Assembly: GCA_021817005.1 (NCBI GenBank)
Contig: JAKAWJ010000005.1
Span: 30,352 to 62,351, forward strand
Source: an archaeon
Lineage (GTDB): Archaea; Thermoproteota; Thermoprotei_A; Marsarchaeales; Marsarchaeaceae
Direction of reading: 5' to 3'
Length of the DNA: 32,000 nt
A program made the translations under genes and the position numbers. Positions 10,043 through 18,032 of this stretch are shown here, piece after piece. The notes under the pieces are model-generated. The model had not been told where the DNA came from. It was given only the letters and a program-made list of their open reading frames with translations, and did not search any database. Positions within the stretch are counted from its first letter, which is position 1. Each line of letters opens with the position of its first letter.

Positions 10043-13000
10043 ATGGAACTTGCCGCCTTCATGTCAGCGTGTCCGAACTGCCGCGGGGAAATAAGTAGTG
10101 AGAGGCTTTCCGCGCGACTCCCCTGCGAGAAGTGCCTCCCCAACGTTGAAGCCCTGAAGGTGCACTTTGATGACGAAAAGAATTTTAGAATCGAAATTGC
10201 CAAAATGCTCGAAAAATCAGGAGCCCTCCGGGAATATGCTTCGCTGACTGAGCTCGATCATATGGCGGGCGAGTTCGTTGACACTTTCCGAAAGATCACG
10301 AGGCATGACCCCTGGAGTGCGCAATTGACATGGGCAAGAAGAAGCGCCCGCGGAGAAAGCTTCGCAATAATCGCCCCGACAGGAGTAGGCAAGACAACCT
10401 TCCTTACCGTACTCGCGGTATACAGCGCCCGAGCAGGAAAGCGGGTCCTCATGGTGGCGCCCACCGCACTACTCGCCCGGCAGATTGCCAGCTGGGTCAG
10501 ACAGTGCAGTGAAAGGCTTGGTGTAGAGCTCAGAATCGCAGAGATACATGGCGAAGAAACAGCCAAGCAGAAGAGAATGGCGGTGGAGATGATGACCGCG
10601 GGACTTGCACAGATCATCATCATCACTTCCATGGGGCTGGGCCGGTCCTACGAAAAGCTGGCCAAGGAGCGATTCTCGGTTGCTCTCGTTGACGACGTGG
10701 ATTCACTGCTAAGAAAGAGCGCAAACATAGACCGGGTTCTTCGGCTTTTGGGGTATGATGACAACATCCAGGGCGTCGCAATCGAGGCTATTAAGGTTCG
10801 GATGCGGCTCGCAAGGTTGTTCGCGCAGGGTTTTGGAGATGGCGAAGAGGCTAAGAAGGCGATTGAGGAGTACAGGTCATTCTCGCTCAAAGTTGAGGAT
10901 TACAAGAAGAATAACCCTTCGCTGGGTCAGCTTATTGTGTCCAGTGCCACCGCAAGGCCCAGAGGAATAAAAGTCAGAACCTTCAGAGAGCTACTTGGTT
11001 TCGAGGCTGGGTCATCGACTAGTTACATGCGTAACATCGTTGATGTACAGGCCAAGCCCATGCGTGATATGTCAGACGAGACTATCGAGCACGTAAAGAA
11101 ACTGGGGAAGGGAGGACTGATTTTTGTATCTAGAGAGTTTGGGAAGCCCTTCATGCAAAAGCTTGAAAGGGCATTCGCCGAGCAAGGCATCAAGGCATAC
11201 CATACAAAAGCCTACTTTCATAAGCGGGTTGACGAATTTGCAGCTTCAAAACTTGACGTTTTGATTGGCACTGCAAGCTACTATGGAAAACTTGTGCGGG
11301 GGATAGACCTGCCTCAAACCGTCAGATATGCGATATTCGTAGGCGTTCCCAAGTTTAAGACGCGGCTGGAAGACGAGGAGGCCTCCCCGCTGGGACTCAT
11401 CAGGCTGCTGTATGCGACAGCCGATTTTACACAAGACGCTCTTGAGCGCCAGCAGCTCTATGAGCACGCGATAAAGCTCCGCAAGGCGATTCAGAATCTC
11501 TCTCCTGGTGACCTGTCGCTGATAATGAAGGCTGGGCAAGAGAACAAGGTTCTCACAGGTTTTCTCGGAGGCGTGCAGGAGCTTGTGGGCGAGGGACGCA
11601 GGATATTTCACGTCATGCTTTCACACCCTGGGGTGCTTGAACAGCTGAAGAACTCTGATCAGCTGATTATTGAGGAAGAAAAGGAGGGATTGATGGTGCT
11701 CATGCCCGACGTCAGGACCTACATACAGGCGAGCGGGAGGTCCTCACGTCTGCTTGGAGGGAAGCTTGCCAAGGGGCTTTCACTGGTGCTTGTGGACAAC
11801 GAGCGCGTGATGTCCGCGTTGAGGCGTTCAATGCAGATCGCCTCACGGAGCGTTCACTGGGCTCAGCTTGAGGAGGTCGATATCGAAGCGGTGATGCGCG
11901 AAGTAGACGCGGACAGGAAGCCGCGCAAGGGAAAGGCAAAAGAAACCGACCTTATGAAGAGCGCTCTACTAATCGTGGAGTCGCCAAACAAAGCAAGAAC
12001 TATTGCCAATTTCTTTGGCAGGCCCGGAAAAATTTACTCCCAAGGCAGAGTATTCTACGAAGTGGCGATAAACAATACTCTCTTTACTATAACTTCCACC
12101 GGAGGACATATCATTGATCTCCCGCACGACGCCCCCAAGCGATCGAATTACGGCGTTCCGAAGCTGAACGGCACTTTTGTCCCGCGCTACGCATTCATAA
12201 ACCGCTGCTGGAATTGCGGCTCGCAATTTACTGGCGACGGGACAGACTGTCCGAAATGCGAATCAAACAATCTGCGACGTTCATGGGAGGTGATCGATGC
12301 GCTCAGGCGCAGGGCGAGTGATGTTTCCGCAGTGTACATAGCAACAGACCCAGATTCCGAGGGTGAAAAAATAGCCTGGGATGTGGCGCTCCTGATATCT
12401 CCGTTTTCAAAATCGATAAAACGCGCAAGGTTCCATGAAATCACTCCGGAAGCAGTGCTTGGCGCGCTGCAGTCTTCCTCTGAGATCAATCTCAACCTTG
12501 TGACGGCTCAGATGACACGAAGGGTGGATGACAGATGGATCGGTTATGGGCTCACAGAACTATTGACGGCTAACAGAAAACAGATCTTTGAAGACTCGAC
12601 TCGAAAGTTTCGTATTCCCGCCGGAAGAGTGCAGCTTCCGCTACTCGGATGGATAATCAAAGAGACTGAACTGAACAGGCAGCAGAAAGTAAGGAGATTT
12701 AGGGTGCGATGCAAGGTTGGGGAAACCATATTCACGGTTTCGTTCAAGAAACCCTTTTACGAAATTGATGCTGCGCAGTCAAGATCAATAAAGGAAGCAA
12801 TTGCGGGCTCCACAGTCAGGATTGACAGAATCCTGACTACAGCTGTAGAATTGAAGGCTCCTCCGCCATTCACGACGGATACTGTGCTAACTGAAGCTTC
12901 GAGGAACTTCGGCTGGTCGGTGGGAGAAGTCATGCGAAGACTGCAGGACCTCTTCGAAGCGGGGTTAATTACCTATCACAGGACCGATCACACTCACGTT

Positions 13001-13780
13001 TCAAGCACAGGGATTGAAATTGCGCGCATATATCTCGAGTCAACTTTTGCCAACGAATGGCAGCTTTTGTTCCAAGCGCGGCAATGGGGAGAAGAAGGGG
13101 CGCACGAATGCATCAGACCCACCAAGCCTCTGAACGGAGATGAGCTCAAGCGTCAGATCGACTTGCTCCAGCTGCCTGGCGCCGAGGCTCTTGACTATAG
13201 ACATATACGTCTTTACGACCTAGTGTTCCGCAGGTTTATTGCCAGCCAGATGAAGCCTTCGAAACTTATGAAGCAGTCAGCGGAGCTCTCGGCGGGCGGA
13301 ATGAGCGCAAAACTCGAAGGATACTGCGATGTGCTTGAAGAGGGCTTCAACCGGGTCCATCCCCCAAGAATGGTACCGCCTCTCAGGGAAGGGCAAGAGC
13401 TTGCAGTCTCCGCGGTGGATTATCTAGTGAGCTCGGAGCATCCCCTCCCCTCCGAGGGTGAGGCGGTGGCCTACATGAAGCAAAAGGGGATAGGTCGGCC
13501 GTCAACCTATGCGGCCACAATTGATAGGCTGAAGCGACACGGGTATGTGTTCGCAACCAAGCGGAATTCGCTGGTCGCCACGAACAGAGGTAAGAGCGTG
13601 TTCGAGTTTCTCTCTCAAAAGCTCGTGGAGTTGCAATCGATGCTTGGCGAAGTTTATACCGCCGATTTGCAGGTCAAGCTTCAGAAGATTGAGGGCGGAG
13701 AACTTGACCACAATACGGTAATGAAAGAGTGCTTTGCAGACTTTAAGAGAATACGGACAGCCGGGACCTCGAGCGCCTAA
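10043..13780 (+). CDS. rgy: reverse gyrase (helicase-like domain fused to type IA topoisomerase)
   Basis: N-terminal zinc finger CPNCRGE..CEKC, Walker A APTGVGKT, motif II VDDVD and QASGRSSR. The topoisomerase half has TOPRIM LLIVESPNKARTI, a second zinc finger CWNCGS..CPKC, DPDSEGEKIAWD and the active-site tyrosine in GLITYHRTD. ATG 10043 is preferred over TTG 10031. Confidence 0.97.
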   Translation: MELAAFMSACPNCRGEISSERLSARLPCEKCLPNVEALKVHFDDEKNFRIEIAKMLEKSGALREYASLTELDHMAGEFVDTFRKITRHDPWSAQLTWARRSARGESFAIIAPTGVGKTTFLTVLAVYSARAGKRVLMVAPTALLARQIASWVRQCSERLGVELRIAEIHGEETAKQKRMAVEMMTAGLAQIIIITSMGLGRSYEKLAKERFSVALVDDVDSLLRKSANIDRVLRLLGYDDNIQGVAIEAIKVRMRLARLFAQGFGDGEEAKKAIEEYRSFSLKVEDYKKNNPSLGQLIVSSATARPRGIKVRTFRELLGFEAGSSTSYMRNIVDVQAKPMRDMSDETIEHVKKLGKGGLIFVSREFGKPFMQKLERAFAEQGIKAYHTKAYFHKRVDEFAASKLDVLIGTASYYGKLVRGIDLPQTVRYAIFVGVPKFKTRLEDEEASPLGLIRLLYATADFTQDALERQQLYEHAIKLRKAIQNLSPGDLSLIMKAGQENKVLTGFLGGVQELVGEGRRIFHVMLSHPGVLEQLKNSDQLIIEEEKEGLMVLMPDVRTYIQASGRSSRLLGGKLAKGLSLVLVDNERVMSALRRSMQIASRSVHWAQLEEVDIEAVMREVDADRKPRKGKAKETDLMKSALLIVESPNKARTIANFFGRPGKIYSQGRVFYEVAINNTLFTITSTGGHIIDLPHDAPKRSNYGVPKLNGTFVPRYAFINRCWNCGSQFTGDGTDCPKCESNNLRRSWEVIDALRRRASDVSAVYIATDPDSEGEKIAWDVALLISPFSKSIKRARFHEITPEAVLGALQSSSEINLNLVTAQMTRRVDDRWIGYGLTELLTANRKQIFEDSTRKFRIPAGRVQLPLLGWIIKETELNRQQKVRRFRVRCKVGETIFTVSFKKPFYEIDAAQSRSIKEAIAGSTVRIDRILTTAVELKAPPPFTTDTVLTEASRNFGWSVGEVMRRLQDLFEAGLITYHRTDHTHVSSTGIEIARIYLESTFANEWQLLFQARQWGEEGAHECIRPTKPLNGDELKRQIDLLQLPGAEALDYRHIRLYDLVFRRFIASQMKPSKLMKQSAELSAGGMSAKLEGYCDVLEEGFNRVHPPRMVPPLREGQELAVSAVDYLVSSEHPLPSEGEAVAYMKQKGIGRPSTYAATIDRLKRHGYVFATKRNSLVATNRGKSVFEFLSQKLVELQSMLGEVYTADLQVKLQKIEGGELDHNTVMKECFADFKRIRTAGTSSA

Positions 13781-13959
13781 TTAGATTCCGGGTATCCCTC
13801 GAGCCCCTTTTGTAAGAGCCCCCATGAAACCAATATTACGAACACGAATATAAACGAACCCAAGAGTCCGTCGCCAGTCAGGGAATACGACACAGCGCCC
13901 GCCACTATTGAAAGCAAAAGGGATAACAAAAGCGCATATCTGCGTGGAGAGATTTTCAT
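13777..13959 (-). CDS. small membrane protein (about 60 aa, 2 TM), unknown function
   Basis: The internal ATG (MKISPRRYALLLSLLLSIVAG...) of track ORF 13777..14109 starts 10 nt after the stop of the upstream membrane ORF. Two hydrophobic helices. Its stop overlaps the rgy stop convergently (palindrome CTAATTAG, 13777-13784). Confidence 0.45.
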   Translation of the reverse strand: MKISPRRYALLLSLLLSIVAGAVSYSLTGDGLLGSFIFVFVILVSWGLLQKGLEGYPESN

Positions 13960-13969
13960 TCGTACTGAC

Positions 13970-14347
13970 CTATCCAAAGGCGGGAGGAACAAACTCCTGC
14001 AGAGCTTTCTTCTTTTTCGCCTTCCCGTATCTTGTGGAGGTGCCTGCGCCAGCAATAAAAAGCAGAACTCCGAAGGCATCTGCCGGAAGGGAGTATAACC
14101 AACCGCCATGGTTTATTGCCATGAGCGTCGAGGCAACTATCTGCACCGCACCGAGGACAATCGCTCCTGTGTAGGATCTTTCTTCGCCGAGGTATGCAAG
14201 AAGAAAGAGTCCCACGCTTACGAGTATAATAATTGCAAATGCAACGTCGAAGATGAGAGACCGAAGGAGCGCTGCCGTAAGCGCGACCGGAAGAACGTTA
14301 ACCAAGAGAAACAGTCTGTGAAGACGGTAGATCAATGCCTCAGGCAT
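13970..14347 (-). CDS. membrane protein (about 125 aa, 4 predicted TM, Lys-rich tail), unknown function
   Basis: Track ORF 13970..14389. ATG 14347 lies 26 nt downstream of an ATATAT box (14374-14379, minus strand), which fits a leaderless start. Four hydrophobic segments, then GKAKKKKALQEF. Confidence 0.55.
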   Translation of the reverse strand: MPEALIYRLHRLFLLVNVLPVALTAALLRSLIFDVAFAIIILVSVGLFLLAYLGEERSYTGAIVLGAVQIVASTLMAINHGGWLYSLPADAFGVLLFIAGAGTSTRYGKAKKKKALQEFVPPAFG

Positions 14348-14373
14348 GCTACGCGCACTTCGGCTCTGCCCAC

Positions 14374-14379
14374 ATATAT
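14374..14379 (-). promoter_or_regulatory. TATA-like box for the 125-aa membrane protein gene
   Basis: Minus strand reads GATATATG, then 26 nt, then ATG 14347. A second A/T box, AATATAAT, lies at about 14412-14420. Confidence 0.35.
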
Positions 14380-14661
14380 CGGTTACCAAATTTGGCTCAA
14401 ACGAACCGGCTGATTATATTCCCGGACTGGCTCGAACAGAAGAAGAAATTCGGTGGTCAAGTGATCTAATCCTGTTGACGGCACGAGCCATTGCTCGAGT
14501 GGTAGCTAACTCTCAGGCAGAAGGACCCGTGTAACCAGAGAAAAGTTGCAGCAGTGAAAAAATCGCAGTCAGCTTGCCGCAATACGACTTGAACCTGCTT
14601 GTAGAAATGGTACAAAAAACTCCGTTCACTTTCAGGCTTCCCCCGTCTTTTGACTGTAGGC

Positions 14662-14680
14662 GGCTGCGGAGCCGGCAGGT
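14662..14680. repeat. GC-rich direct repeat, copy A (GGCTGCGGAGCCGGCAGGT)
   Basis: Exact 10-mer GCCGGCAGGT (14671-14680) recurs at 14841-14850. The adjoining GGCTGCGGAGCCG resembles GGCTGTTGCGGGAGCCG at 14804-14820. Confidence 0.5.
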
Positions 14681-14803
14681 CTTTCGTGCGTTAGATGATT
14701 TCCGAGCCAGTTTGGCAGAGCCTCTCCGCGCGCTCGAAAAGTAGCGATGGCGATGGAAGTTGTTGTCAACTTTTTAATCGCGCAAGAAACCAAAGGACGG
14801 CGT

Positions 14804-14850
14804 GGCTGTTGCGGGAGCCGCTCGGTTCTGGCGTGGAACTGCCGGCAGGT
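14804..14850. repeat. GC-rich direct repeat, copy B (split version of copy A)
   Basis: GGCTGTTGCGGGAGCCG (14804-14820), a 20-nt insert, then GCCGGCAGGT (14841-14850). GGCGTGG is also duplicated at 14799-14805 and 14830-14836. Confidence 0.5.
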
Positions 14851-14915
14851 GGCAATTCACCTTTCCAAAGGTACTCTAGCCAACTCTTGCCCGCCCCTTG
14901 CGCCGACTGAGTTTT

Positions 14916-15875
14916 TCAAAACGCCGAAGAATACATTTTGAGCAATTCCACATATCGCCCAGATTCATAGACTGCGTAATCCGGACTCCTTCTGAATCTG
15001 AACAGGTCAGGTTCACGACCGCTTCTTAGTAATTTGGCGTTGCGTGCCCATGCAACGAGCGAGAGATATCTCTGCAAACCTTCGAAACAGAGTCTCTCGA
15101 GCGGGTGGGCTTTGGGAGGCTTTCGGGGCTGGCTGGCCTTTAACTTCTTAGACTGCACTCCCTGCGGGTAATACTCTCTGATCCAATCATTCTCAGTGAT
15201 TATTCTGGCAAGTTCCACTCTACCCTTCAGGGGGATTAGTGTGAGAAGGTCACGCGCAGTCAGCGCATTCCGGGAATTTCTCAGGAACTCTCGAAGCCCT
15301 GACCTTGTAAATATTGGGCTCAGACAAAACCGCGAAGACAGAGACCGAGGCTGGCTCAGTCGCATTGCGCGTAGATAGACGAGCAGCCTGAGAATGCTGA
15401 TCCATAGAAAGCCGTCTCGGGCTACAACCATAAGGTCGAGGTCATCTTGAGGGCCGGAAGAACCATAAGAAGTTGAACCCGAGACTGCTACAATCTGTAT
15501 CTTGTCAAAGAGTTTGGGGTGCTGCTCCACAAACCTTCGTGCATATTCAATCCGCTCGGCAGCAATGACTTTTGACTTTCTCACATAATCCAGGTCGGTT
15601 GCGACTTTTCCATCAAATACAAAACCATCGGGGGAAACATGAATGTCCGTCAGTGTCCGGCAAATAAAGTCGCGAAGTCTTGCCTGCGTCATAGGGTATC
15701 CAGGGGGCATTAGCCTCTGGAGTTCAGCTAGGTCCAGCACCGAATTGTTTCGCTCGGCCACTTCAACTAAGAAGCGTATCCGCTGCTCCGCGGAAGTCCC
15801 TTTTGAATTCTCAGCCACTATTCGGTGCTCACCTTTCTCCAAAGCCAGGGAGTCCTGTCTGTGAAAATCTTGCAA
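14916..15875 (-). CDS. predicted nucleotidyltransferase (minimal Pol-beta fold core) with uncharacterised N- and C-terminal regions
   Basis: 319-aa ORF. Core motif IVAVSGSTSYGSSGPQDDLDLMVV matches G-S ... D-x-D of Pol-beta-superfamily nucleotidyltransferases. Alternative starts are TTG 15842 and GTG 15818; the latter overlaps the GT2 stop as TAGTG. Confidence 0.7.
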   Translation of the reverse strand: MQDFHRQDSLALEKGEHRIVAENSKGTSAEQRIRFLVEVAERNNSVLDLAELQRLMPPGYPMTQARLRDFICRTLTDIHVSPDGFVFDGKVATDLDYVRKSKVIAAERIEYARRFVEQHPKLFDKIQIVAVSGSTSYGSSGPQDDLDLMVVARDGFLWISILRLLVYLRAMRLSQPRSLSSRFCLSPIFTRSGLREFLRNSRNALTARDLLTLIPLKGRVELARIITENDWIREYYPQGVQSKKLKASQPRKPPKAHPLERLCFEGLQRYLSLVAWARNAKLLRSGREPDLFRFRRSPDYAVYESGRYVELLKMYSSAF

Positions 15876-16867
15876 AACATATAGAAGTATGAGACGAATT
15901 CGAATATTCCCGCAATAAAAAGGTGGGAGAGCTTTAGTCCCTTTCTGTTCGCGGCACTTATAACGCGTAATACATAGAGCGGATTACTCAGCAGCCGACC
16001 TTCCAGCACAGAAGGGATAGCCCGCTCTTTCCGTATCTGGTAGACATGACCAAGCAACACCCTAGCTCTCTGCTCTACCAACTCCTTGCCAGTTGAAGGG
16101 ACGGCGACATACACCCTAGCGTCTTCGCAGTAGCCCACTTTCACTCCGGCTCTGTTTGCCGCAAGTCGGAGATAGCTCCCGTCATTTATTGTGTATTCGG
16201 GAATTCGAGTCACGAAGCCCTTCTTGATGCACATGAGTTCGTCGCAGCAATGCGGGGCGGCATACGGCGAGTGCGCGAGATAGGCGTTATGCAGCGACCA
16301 CAGAAATGCTGCGATTTCATTGCGAACAGAACCCCTTTCAGTGCGTGTTACGCTGGGGGAGCCACAGCTCAGCGAAGAGCCCGTTCTTACAGCAAAATCT
16401 ATGAGGTATCTTAAGGCGTTTTCTGCGGGCACGGAATCTGCTGATATTACAATCAGATAGTCAAAGTCTGAATTATTCAGGCGGGAGAGTAGAAGGCTGA
16501 GGGCGCGTGATTTTCCGGTCCTTTCCTTTTCCTCTATTAAACTCAGGGGAATCCCAGAGTCCATGCGAGATTCTACTACGGCTCTTGTGTTATCAGTGCA
16601 TCCGCTAGCGACTACTAGGATTTCTAAAGCTGCAAACTCAGCTACACTCTGGGCGAGAATCGAGTCCAGACACTTGCCTATGTGTGACTCCTCGTTAAAC
16701 GCTGGTATTCCGATAAGCACCTTGGGGGGTCGCTGGATTGGTAGTTGCTCAGCTGGTCGCAGGAAATTGTTGAGTCTCCTAGAAACTTGCGCTTGCGTGG
16801 TCGCTCCGGCACCCTCCTCTGTCATGCAGCAACTGCACAAGTTCATAAACGCGCCGTTTGATTCCAC
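15818..16867 (-). CDS. family 2 glycosyltransferase, membrane-associated synthase-like
   Basis: GT2 motifs in order: IGIPAFNEESHI, ILVVASGCTDNT, LIVISADSV (DxD position), GYCEDARVYV, and EQRARVLLG at the position of QxxRW. C-terminal hydrophobic helix LFIAGIFEFVSYFYMFCKIF. GTG 16867, with alternative ATGs at 16846 and 16828. Confidence 0.85.
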   Translation of the reverse strand: MESNGAFMNLCSCCMTEEGAGATTQAQVSRRLNNFLRPAEQLPIQRPPKVLIGIPAFNEESHIGKCLDSILAQSVAEFAALEILVVASGCTDNTRAVVESRMDSGIPLSLIEEKERTGKSRALSLLLSRLNNSDFDYLIVISADSVPAENALRYLIDFAVRTGSSLSCGSPSVTRTERGSVRNEIAAFLWSLHNAYLAHSPYAAPHCCDELMCIKKGFVTRIPEYTINDGSYLRLAANRAGVKVGYCEDARVYVAVPSTGKELVEQRARVLLGHVYQIRKERAIPSVLEGRLLSNPLYVLRVISAANRKGLKLSHLFIAGIFEFVSYFYMFCKIFTDRTPWLWRKVSTE

Positions 16868-16971
16868 GTATTCTGTAAGCGCGCACGGCCTGAGAACAAC
16901 GCAACAGTCTGTCCCCCCTTGTCACTAGGGAGCAGGAATATCCACAGGCTCTTTCGGTTGGAGGACGTTAC

Positions 16972-17889
16972 CTAGCCCATATAGGTCATCCAGTCTTCGT
17001 GGCCATTCCGCATCCCGTGAACGAGCTTCAGGTATTCCTCGCGAATCCGCTTTGAGATAGGATAGTCACCGCTCCCAATATCGCGGCCATCCACTTGACG
17101 TATAGTCACTACTTCCGAGGCAGTTCCGGTAAAGAACAGTTCATCTGCGGTATAAAGCTCTTCTCTGCTGATATTCACTCTTTCTATAGGAAGCTTTGTT
17201 TCTTCTGCTATTTTGATTACGGTGTCCCGTGTGATTCCACGGAGCACACCGGCTGTAGAAGGTGGAGTGGCGATTGCACCATTCTTGACCCTGAATATGT
17301 TTTCTCCGCTTCCTTCCGTCACAAGTCCTAGGGAATTCAGCATGATGGCTTCGTCGAAACCATACTTGACTGCCTCGAGCTTTGCAAGTCCTGAGTTCGC
17401 ATAGTTTGCCGTTCCCTTGGCCTGCGGTGGCAGAGAGTCGGAGCTGATTCTCCTCCAGCTTGATACCATGCACCGGACTCCGGAATTTGATCCGCTTGTT
17501 CCCAGGTATGTTCCCCAGGGCCAAGCAGAAATGGCCACTTTGACCGGCGCGTTACCGCCATAGACCCCCATGCTACCGAACCCCCGGTAGACCAAGGGGC
17601 GAACGTAACACTCCTCGAAGCCGTTGGACTGGACAAGCATCTTTGTTGCTTCCACCAACTCCTCCCGTCTGTATGGTATCTCCATCATGTATACCTTGGC
17701 GCTGTCGTAGAGCCTGTTGAAATGGTCCTGCAGTCTAAAAGCGGCCGGTCCCTTGGGTGTCTTGTATACTCTGATACCTTCGAATACTGCTGATGCGTAA
17801 TGCAATGCGTGCGTTTGTATGTGTACATTTGCACTTTCCCAGGGCACCAGCTTACCGTCCATCCAGACATGCTGCGCCTTCAAACTCAT
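16972..17889 (-). CDS. ilvE: branched-chain amino acid aminotransferase (fold-type IV PLP enzyme)
   Basis: ALHYASAVFEGIRVY, PQAKGTANYANS, EAIMLNSLGLVTEGSGENIFRVKNG..TPP and ELFFTGTASEV. ATG 17889 lies 27 nt downstream of an ATATAT box, so it is preferred over the ORF start at 17940. Confidence 0.9.
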   Translation of the reverse strand: MSLKAQHVWMDGKLVPWESANVHIQTHALHYASAVFEGIRVYKTPKGPAAFRLQDHFNRLYDSAKVYMMEIPYRREELVEATKMLVQSNGFEECYVRPLVYRGFGSMGVYGGNAPVKVAISAWPWGTYLGTSGSNSGVRCMVSSWRRISSDSLPPQAKGTANYANSGLAKLEAVKYGFDEAIMLNSLGLVTEGSGENIFRVKNGAIATPPSTAGVLRGITRDTVIKIAEETKLPIERVNISREELYTADELFFTGTASEVVTIRQVDGRDIGSGDYPISKRIREEYLKLVHGMRNGHEDWMTYMG

Positions 17890-17916
17890 TGGTGACAAAT
17901 AATCGCGCGAAGCCGC

Positions 17917-17922
17917 ATATAT
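17917..17922 (-). promoter_or_regulatory. TATA-like box for ilvE
   Basis: Minus strand reads CATATATG, then 27 nt, then ATG 17889. Confidence 0.35.
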
Positions 17923-18005
17923 GAGTGTTATGAATAACAAATATACTAACTAATCGGAAGCTTCTATGTGCTGGTCATACAACTAGAGCTAGCATTCATA
18001 GCTTC

Positions 18006-18025
18006 GCCTTTAACTAAGTAAAGGC
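18006..18025 (-). other. perfect 7-bp hairpin immediately downstream of sdhB
   Basis: GCCTTTA-ACTAAG-TAAAGGC, 8 nt after the sdhB stop. There is no adjacent T-tract, so a terminator role is uncertain. Confidence 0.25.
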
Positions 18026-18032
18026 AAATTAT

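Noticed and set aside
13777-13784. Convergent 4-nt stop-stop overlaps (rgy with the small membrane ORF at CTAATTAG, and CBS with sufU at 28855-28858).
   Set aside because: These are real in the sequence but are a common consequence of genome compaction. No function is inferred beyond the absence of an intergenic terminator.
14390-14941. Known-RNA explanations for the long spacer (tRNA, 5S rRNA, SRP RNA, RNase P RNA, C/D box sRNA). Small plus-strand ORFs 14346..14534, 14695..14910 and 14747..14941.
   Set aside because: I found no T-loop GTTCRA motif with matching acceptor arms. The SRP GGAAG..AGCA helix-8 motif, the RNase P GAGGAAAGTCC motif and the RUGAUGA C box are also absent; only a CTGA near the T5 is present. 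The ORF translations are Cys/Arg/Gly-rich with no start context. The region is kept as an unexplained finding, not as a called RNA.
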